A stretch of 64,000 nucleotides of DNA from the human T2T-CHM13v2.0 reference genome, Homo sapiens. Location: NCBI RefSeq assembly GCF_009914755.1, contig NC_060934.1, one strand, 5' to 3'. The position numbers and the translations under genes were made by a program. The number at the start of each line of letters is the position of its first letter. Position 1 is the stretch's first letter. The notes beneath the pieces are model-generated. The model searched no databases, was not told the origin of the DNA, and saw nothing but the letters and a program-made list of their open reading frames with translations. Of the stretch, positions 54,361 through 64,000 are shown piece by piece.

Positions 54361-55271
54361 AGTCGTGCGAGATGCTGAACCTGTGATGTAACTAGAAATA
54401 AAACAGTGAAGGTGAATCCAGGTCCTTAGGAGTAGAGGGCAGGCCAACGTATGTGTTGTCACCAGAGGTGACTGAAATCCAAGAAGGGAAGGCAGGAGGT
54501 CAGGGTCTGGAGTAACACCTCTGCTGAAAGGGCCAAGGGCATTTTGTGGCCTTTTTAATATCTCAAAAAGAGACTTCAAGGCAGAACCTTGGCTAGGGTT
54601 AAAAGAGCTCTCACATGGTAAGATTTTGAGTTCTTCAGAAAACCTAACAGTTATTGACTCCTGGGCTTTTAACACAGCCTTGGAACAGAAATACCTAGAA
54701 TTGACAAGATAATTATGCTTAACTGTATGAAACTGGAGATATCCAATGCTTTTGACCTCCAGGAACAGTAATTACATATGGCTCAACCTACTGTTAATAA
54801 AAATAGACAAGTCTAACATAATGAAATATTTAACACAAATTTTTCTATAAGTAGATCAAGAAGAAAATAAAACAATAGACAGTCGATTGGAAAAAGAGCA
54901 AACAAAAACATTCCCAAAGATCCTACACAATGTGATTTCATTACATGATATGAAGAATATGAGTAGCTACACAGTGAATTGCTTAGGAAAATAGATGTGC
55001 ATAGTAAAACTAGAGGAGAAAACCAGAGAACAACCAACACAAGAGTGGGAATTGGGGCTCCCATTCAGGGAAGAGACGGTAGCAGGTGCAGAAGGAAAAG
55101 CCTACAAAGGAAATTCCATTTTTCCAGTTCTGTATCCCTTAAGCCACACAGTGGGTACAGAGCCTCTGTGTGTCCTTTATACACTGCCTACATCATGAAT
55201 ATTCATTTGCATCTATTAATAGTTTAAAATAATTTTTAAATAAAATTATATCAGTAAATCATAACAGCTCT

Positions 55272-55573
55272 GCATTTAAGGAAAAATATTTCCTTAAATG
55301 TAAATATTCCTTAATAAGGAATGTAAACATTCCTTAAATGTAAATATTCCTTAATAAGGAATGTAAACATTTCTTAAATGTAAATATTCCTTAATAAGGA
55401 ATGTAAACATTCCTTAAATGTAAATATTCCTTAATAAGGAATGTAAACATTCCTTAAATGTAAATATTCCTTAATAAGGAATGTAAACATTTCTTAAATG
55501 TAAATATTCCTTAATAAGGAATGTAAACATTCCTTAAATGTAAATATTCCTTAAATGTAAATATTTCCTTAAA
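55272..55573. repeat. 40-bp AT-rich palindromic VNTR, 6 full units plus partials
   Basis: TAAATATTCCTTAATAAGGAATGTAAACATTCCTTAAATG starts at 55301, 55341, 55381, 55421, 55461 and 55501. Confidence 0.97.
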
Positions 55574-55702
55574 GTTGAAAATGGTGATTTGTCAGCATTT
55601 GAAAAAAAGATTAGGAAGTTTCCTGCTGGTAACAGTCTGATGTGTAGCTTTGCCTTAAAAATGGAAATTACAGAGCTATCATCAGGAAAGTTGCAATAAA
55701 TA

Positions 55703-56015
55703 GGTTGGGCACAGTGGTTCAGCCTGTAATCCCAGCACTTTGGGAGGCCAAGTGCTAAGATCAGGGCAGATCGCCTGAGGTCACGGGTTCAAAACCAACC
55801 TGGCCAATGTGGTGAAACCCTGTCCCCACTAAAAATACAGAAATTAGCCAGGTGTGGTGGCACATGCCTGTAGTCCTGGATAGTCAGGAGGCTGAGGCAG
55901 GAGAATCGCTTGAACCTGGGAGGAGGAGGTTGCAGTCACCTGAGATCATGCCACTGCACTCCAGCCCAGGTGACAGAGCAAGACTCCATCTCAAAAAAAA
56001 AAAAAAAAAAAAAAA
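55703..56015 (+). mobile_element. AluS with a short left-arm insertion
   Basis: Full dimer; 15-bp TSD AAGTTGCAATAAATA at 55688-55702 and 56019-56033. Confidence 0.95.
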
Positions 56016-57184
56016 GACAAGTTGCAATAAATATATGTAGAGAAATGTCTTCTTTAGATGGGTATACACACAGATAGATAGCTAGATAGACAGACAGTTG
56101 CATAGATAATTAGGTTCCTGACTATAAAAGCACATTAAGTAGATATTGCAATAAATGAAAAAATGAGTAATACAGATTCCTATATTCCATGGGTTTTTAG
56201 ATGAATAGAAGACATAAGAACAGACTTTCTAGACTAATAGAAGACATAACACAAGAATATAAGACAGTATGGTAAATTCTGTAAAAGTGATATAAGCAAG
56301 AATTAGAAGGTTCAGAGGTGGCATAGAGTGATTAGAGAAATCAAAGCAGGCTTCGTGGAGGAGGTGGGCTTTGGAATCCGGCGGAAGAGCAGGAGGGTGC
56401 ATTGATTTGAAGTTCCCTTAATTCTTTGTGGCACTCTTCTCCACTAGCCCGCAGCTCCTGAGAGCAGGAAGGACTGACTCCTGTTTTGTTCCTCTCTCTG
56501 ACTATAGGCAGCAGTGAGCCCCCCTGCCTCTGATCGTCATCTTTGGGGGCCAGAGAAGTGAGCAGCTATCCTTCCCAGTCCCTGGTCCCTCCAAGCAGTG
56601 ACAACAAAGAATGGACCAGGCGAGGCATTGTGTGTAGACACGTGAGACTTCTCATCCAGGGTCAAGAGGAGAAGCAGCGGATTAGGAGTGCCATGACTTA
56701 AAGTTAACCTCTTTAGAGCAGATGAGCCCTGCTTATTCTAGGGCATTCAGCTATGTCTAATCAATCACTCCTGTGCTTGGAAGAATGGGAACACGACACA
56801 GTTTCCCCTTCTTCCTTGTTTATCTCACTGTAGCGGTGAGATAGACGATGGTCACATTGGTACCATCATGGCGCTGCGGTCATAGCAGTCCCTATTTATC
56901 CCACAGGTTCCCCTGAATTCCGAGGCATCCCACATTTCACATGAGCAAATAGCCTTGACACCTGCCGCGTCTCCAGGACAATAGGCATTTCTGACCCACA
57001 TGATCTGCACAAAGAAGAAAGCCTCTCTCTCTTTCTCACCACTGCATCCCCAACTGATGTGGACCGTGATACATAATTGGAGTTAAATAAATAGTTGAGG
57101 TTGTCCTGGGGGTCGTGCCTTTTTAAGGCTATGTGATTATGCCAATTCATAGAAAACATGAGATGATTAAAAAGAGAAATAATT

Positions 57185-57820
<636 letters not shown>

Positions 57821-58450
57821 AAATAATTGAAAAAATCAAAACAGCAAGAAGGGCTGCCACATAAGAAGAGGCTTAGAAGATTTCCAAGGAAGGTTAAAAT
57901 CAAAGAATAATAGAGTTTAAATCTGCACAATCATGAAGAAAAACTATAAAAAACTACAAATAAACTATAGATGGTCTCTCATCTTACAGCTACAAAATTA
58001 TAGAAAACAGAAAGAGAAAAGCTAAAGAAGAAAATGTCACAGCTAAAAATGGAAATATATTTCCAAACATTGTGATTGTTTCATGGGCACTTTAACCACA
58101 GTGAATTATTCAGGAGACTGAAATGTTTGTGGTGGACCCCTGGGAAGCTCAGCAAGTATTCCTTAGGTGCCCCCCATGAAGTAAAATACATTTGGAGGCA
58201 AATCGAGTTCCCAACATGATAAGAGTTTAAGTAACAGAAGACAGAGTGCCCTTCTCCCAGCAACCAGCTGTGGATTTACTCGCAGAATCTCTAATACTAA
58301 AATGACTGAGAGGAGTTGCCAGAGGCACAAAGCCCTGATTTAAAATCAGCAGAACCTTTGGGCTTTCATTACTGCAGTGATCCCAAGGTCAGATTGTCTT
58401 TACTTTTGTATTGTCAGTTTTCCAAGGTCAAATACTTCAGCATCTTTTCA

Positions 58451-58771
<321 letters not shown>

Positions 58772-59395
58772 TCAGGACAATTTTTATAAGGCATTTCTTA
58801 TAGAGATTTGCAGAAGACAGGGGACACAAAAGAAGCAAGCACCACTGGTCTTCTGGGCACAGAGAGATGTGCCCCATGGCTCCTGATGCTCTCTAGGAGG
58901 GCCTTCCAATGAACAGCGGGCCTGGGAGCATTTGAGGGAAACAGCAGAAGCACTGACTCACTCCAAAGATGAAGGGGGTGTCCTCCCTAACCCCGGAGTG
59001 GTGCCCCTCCCAACACTGGGTGAAGTGATCAAAACCTCTCCCAACAATTTTGGTCCTCTGACACCAGGTAGGTGATACAAGGGAACCCACTTTTTACAGA
59101 CACAAAGTAAAAGTGACTGTTGACTAATCATGATTATTAATAAGCATAAGACAGTCCAAGTAAAATTCCGATAGAGACTACATTATCAGGGAAGTGTATA
59201 TATGATCACAATTTATCTGGGTCTTAGGTTTTTAATATGTACACACACACCCGTGTGCACACACACGTATGTAAGTTGTTAACAAAGTAGGGATTAACAG
59301 TAAATAAAACATCGTGATTGTACAGTGAGGCCAAAGAAGTTACACAAAAACTAAGTGGAATGAAACTGAGCTTTATCATTTTAAAATTTGGTGGG

Positions 59396-59702
59396 TTTTT
59401 TTTTTGTTTGTTTTTTGTTTTTTGAGACGGAGTCTCGCTGTGTCCCCCAGGCTGGAGTGCAGTGGTGCGATCTCGGCTTACTGCAAGCTCCGCCTCCCGG
59501 GTTTAGCCATTCTCTTGCCTCAGCCTTCCGAGTAGCTGGGACTACAGGCACCCGCTACCACGCCCGGCTAATTTTTTGTATTTTTAGTAGAGACGGGGTT
59601 TCACCGTGTTAGCCAGGATGGTCTCGATCTCCTGACCTCATGATCCGCCCGTCTCGGCCTCCCAAAGTGCTGGGATTACAGGCGTGAGGCACCACTCCGG
59701 CC
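59396..59702 (-). mobile_element. AluY
   Basis: GCAAGCTCCGCC, CCGTGTTAGCCAGGATGGTCTCGATCTCC; CpGs well retained. Confidence 0.95.
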
Positions 59703-60289
59703 TTAAAAATTGTTTTTAATTGCTGAACAAATTTCTAAAAGAAACACGAGTAAAGCTGCCAACTGCAACGACACTTTCTTCGGATTCTATCAGAGGGATT
59801 TTCATTTGAGTTTCGCAGCACGTATTTAGAATCGCTGCAGTCTTTTACAACCAGAGAAATGGCATCTTCCAAGCTCACTCTCCACTGAAAAAAGAGTCAA
59901 GATTTCCTCTCTGCAAATATCCTAAAAATATCAACCTTGTAGCAGGTAGGCATCAGAATAGCCATTGTAAGGAGAGAGACTAAACCACTAGATCACCTAA
60001 TAACTGCATTTCCAGGAAAGCTTGAACAAAAGAGAAAACAAGACACAGAGTGACTTATCTACCAATGCCTCATTACACAAAGAGCTTCCAGAAATTCTAC
60101 CATGGATTATGAATTTATTTTGCCAAATAGGCAGACTTCATTACCTGGCCAGTTCTAACTGTGGTTTTTGGGACCTTCAGGATTTAGCATCACTTAGGAA
60201 CACGATGCCACGTTTTCCTGAAATAAAGCTTACTGCTAAGTTTAACTACTTTAAACGATATTTAACAGCAATCTCTCAGTCCCTTTGAT

Positions 60290-60550
60290 AGACAATAATT
60301 AAGCATTTCCTGTGCTTCAGCAATGTGGTGCCTGCTTTTGTAGTAGATAAATTCACAACCTCCTGCTGTCAGCAGTCAGGATGTGGTATGGGGTGTCTAG
60401 TCAGGTACAGAGTATTTCACTTGTCTTAACCCCATGGTGAGGGGATGCAAACTCAGACTTAGTGCTCAAATATTTTCCAAAGCGACAGACACAGTTGGTA
60501 GGTTGTGAGAATAACATTTGAACCTAGGTCTTTTTACCCTCTAAGCTTGC
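60290..60550 (-). mobile_element. MIR relic
   Basis: Degenerate; AAACTCAGA..CCAAAGCGACAGAC..TTTGAACCTAGGTC. Confidence 0.4.
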
Positions 60551-61139
60551 ATGAATTTCAATTCTAAAATGTATTTTTACATCTTTGCTGTCTAACATAG
60601 AAGAATCAGCAGAATTTAACTTTGGATTTTCTTTATTATGATAACTCTAGAAGTATCATTGTTCTGAGAAGTAAAACTCTGATTTCTTTTTTGTTGTTGT
60701 TCAATAACCCATGTCTGGCACGGCTCTTCAACGAGTCCTCTGCAGTGCTCATGGGGCTTTTCTTGACTTAATTATAATGGCAATTACCTTCAGAAAGCAA
60801 CGTGAAGCTTTCAGTATTCTAGCATTTGATCTTCACAACAAGCAGGTGAGATGGTGATTTTACATAGTACATCTGAGCAAACAGGGTTAGACCGTGCCAG
60901 GGGTTTTACACTGGGGAGGACTTTATACGCAGGACTCTCATTACAAACCCAGTGTTCTCTCTGGGACTTTGAGGATTCTGTTACTTAACTGTGGTCTGGA
61001 GATGTGGAGAGTTTAGGGGCACTGGTGCTGGTGGGCTGACTTTGATCTACAGCCATAACATTTGGAGAAACATGTATCTTGTACATTTTTCTTTGTTTAC
61101 ATCAATTCTGGTGTATTTGCTTTCATTGTTTTATTTCTG

Positions 61140-63362
61140 GTTCTTTAAGGGATCATAATTCTTCAGCCTAAAAAACTTTCTTTAATTTACTTGTAGCACA
61201 GACATGCTCCAGCGAATTCTGTCAGATTTTCTTCATCTGGAAGCACCTTTATTCCACCATGGGATTTGAAAACATATTCAGAGGTGTTGAATTCCATCTA
61301 GAGAATCTCCTTTTCAGTCTTCCAGAGGTGTTACGCCATTTTCTTTTCAGTTGCATAAATTTTAATGAGAAGCAAGCTGTAATTGTTATATATTAAATTC
61401 TTATATTTGTAAATCTTATCTCTCAATTCTACATGTGATTTTTTGGCTGCTTCTTAAATTTTATCTGTACTCTCCGTTTTCAACAGTTTGAGTATCATTT
61501 CTCTCTCTGTCTCTCTCTGTCTTTCTCTGTGTGTGTGTGTGTGTTTGTGTGTTTGTGTGTGTGTGTGTGTTGTATTGTATTGTATTTATTTGGGTTGGAC
61601 TTTACCTCTTGGTTTTGTGGTTTGATGTCTTCCATTATTTTTGAAAAATTATTGGCTATTAACTCCACAAATATTTCTTATATTTCATTTTATCTCTCTT
61701 TTTAGATTCCAAAGGCACTTTAGCTCACTTTATATTTTATCACAGACCTTGGAGGCTTAGTATTTTTACACCATTCTTTAATTATTTTGTTTTAATTGCT
61801 CTAATTTTTATTGATCTATTTTCAAGTTCACTGATTTTCTCCTTGCTGTGTCCATTCTACTGATGAGTTCATTGAGGGGATTCTTCATCTGTGAAAGCAT
61901 ATACTCTTCACCTACCTTTCTATTCAACTCATGCTTACATTTCCCTTTATATAGTAACATCCTCCAACTATACATTCATATTATTCACCATTTTCGTTAA
62001 AGCCTTTAACATAATCATTTGGTTACTTTTAAAAATTACAATAAAATTGTTGTAGCAGTTGAGTCTGCTCTGAATCTCACCTACTTGATTTTTGCCCCTT
62101 TCTGTCCTTGTTAGGTGTATGTTATAATTTTTTATTGCATTCTGGATATCATACTCAGCACACCAAAATCCATAATATTAATAAATAGCATGCACATTTG
62201 GGAATGATGATACCCCTTCTACCAGGTCACTGGTGTGGGTTGAAGTCAGCCCAGGTGGTAGTTAAGCCTAGTTCGTATTGTCTGATTTCTATGCTAACTG
62301 CCAGAGCACGAAAGACTTCAACTTTCTCTCATAGTGCTATGTACTCAGTATGAAACTGGGGCATGATACAGTCACCTCACCCTGAGAGGTTACTTGGGTG
62401 ACTTTGCTGTGTTTGTATTTTTTGAATGTTTTGTCCGACCTTTCCTTTAAGCTGTTTCACCACACGGGGCCTCTCCATTGCTGCCCTCCTCCCGCAGTGG
62501 AGCACCTCTGCCTAGCAGGTGTGTGCTCGGCCGGAGTCGGGTGTCCAGCGTGCTCTCCAGCTCCCTAGTCTAGCTGTCCCTTTAAGTTGGCTGCGCCTCT
62601 GGGTCTCCTCAGTGGTACTTTCCCAATGCTCTTGCGGCTTCTCACCGTGGCAGCACCGCGGTTCCTCTATCTGTGGGGCTTTTTTAGGAGAGTGGTTCCT
62701 GCTGTTCCCCATGTAGCAGGCGACCTCTGAGGGCACTACTATAGGAAGCTGAGGTTGAGATGACTTCCAGTCCCTTCACCGTGGGTGGAGGGTTTTGACT
62801 TTCATTTTTTCCTTAGTAACAATGGTCCACTGTGTTCGGTGAGCTACAGGATTCATAGTCTTTCCCTCAGCAGCCTAAAATCTTTGTTCCAAATGAGAGA
62901 TGAATCCAGGCCGTGTTCATGCCTTTCCTGCCTTCTCTGCACCTGCACCTCTAGGAGACCCTCTCCAATCCACTGTGCTGCCTCCAGTCACTCTTGTGAG
63001 TTCCTGGTGAGGTCCATTTGAGATAATTTACAAATAAATGCAAACTTGCTTTTGTCTGAATTTCCAGGGGTTTTATACTTTACCCCAGCCTAGGCTGGGC
63101 TTCTGCTGATTAGTTGTACATTTTATGACTTCTTCCTCCCTGTGTGGTGGCATATCTGTGTCCTGTGGTCCACCATGTGTGGGATCTGTGCACATTCAGT
63201 GTCTTGTTTCTTCCTGGAATTCAGGCTGCTTGGTTTCATTGAGAACTTGGCTCTCTGATGGTTGAAAAACGTTATGTTTTTGTAAGTTATTCTACTATTT
63301 TCTTGCGGTTAGTGTGGGAACAACACTCATTCCAGCTTACATTCTAAACAGAATCAGAAGCT
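61140..63362 (-). mobile_element. Old L1M 5'UTR/ORF1 relic containing (TC)n(TG)n at about 61500-61590
   Basis: T-rich strand; TTTAATTTACTTGTAG.ACAG, TTTTTGAAAAATTATTGGCTATTA, TATTGATCTATTTTCAAGTTCACTGATT, ends ACATTCTAAACAGAATCAGAAG. Confidence 0.65.
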
Positions 63363-63576
63363 CACCAGCTCTTCCGATGAGTTGGTTGAAAGAGCTACTC
63401 TAGGCAACCATCTCAGTACATGTGCAAACTTGCCAATTATTTTTCTTCAAACATGATCACTATTACTGCATGATTCCAATAAGCTGACATGTTGCATTTC
63501 ATTATACAGGATCCTCAAAGTACAGTGGTCTAACTATTGATCATGGGGCAAAATTTGGGACCAGCAAAGAGATACA

Positions 63577-63892
<316 letters not shown>

Positions 63893-64000
63893 CACAGATA
63901 CAATGATTCTTGAAAATATTGGACAGTATATCTATTTTTTTGTTAAATGGATTGCAGTGGTGTTGTGAGGAAAACATTTTTGGGGAGTAACAGCTAAGAC

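Overview
Primate (very likely human or great-ape) non-coding genomic DNA, AT-rich overall. I can support no cellular protein-coding exon or RNA gene and cannot place the locus. Much of the window is recognisable interspersed repeat: about 18 Alus (J, S and Y types, several with clear target-site duplications, one AluY nested in an AluS), a 5'-truncated L1PA whose ORF2 C-terminal frame is still largely open, older L1M pieces (one with twin-priming architecture), MaLR/ERVL LTRs (MLT1, THE1D, LTR16), MIR, L2 and MER3/MER33. The distinctive trait is a high density of tandem and inverted duplications at every stage of growth. These include 2-3-copy duplications, a CpG-rich 63-bp VNTR with a PRDM9-like motif, a 2.7-kb 28-bp VNTR, a palindromic 40-bp VNTR with FOX/TEAD motifs, a 200-bp fold-back inverted repeat and a templated-insertion scar. 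Candidate RFX/NF-Y and REST sites lie at 37.5-39.1 kb. Repeat subfamily calls come from remembered consensus sequences and old-element boundaries are approximate. I found no evidence for a new multi-gene system; the findings are structural or regulatory hypotheses.
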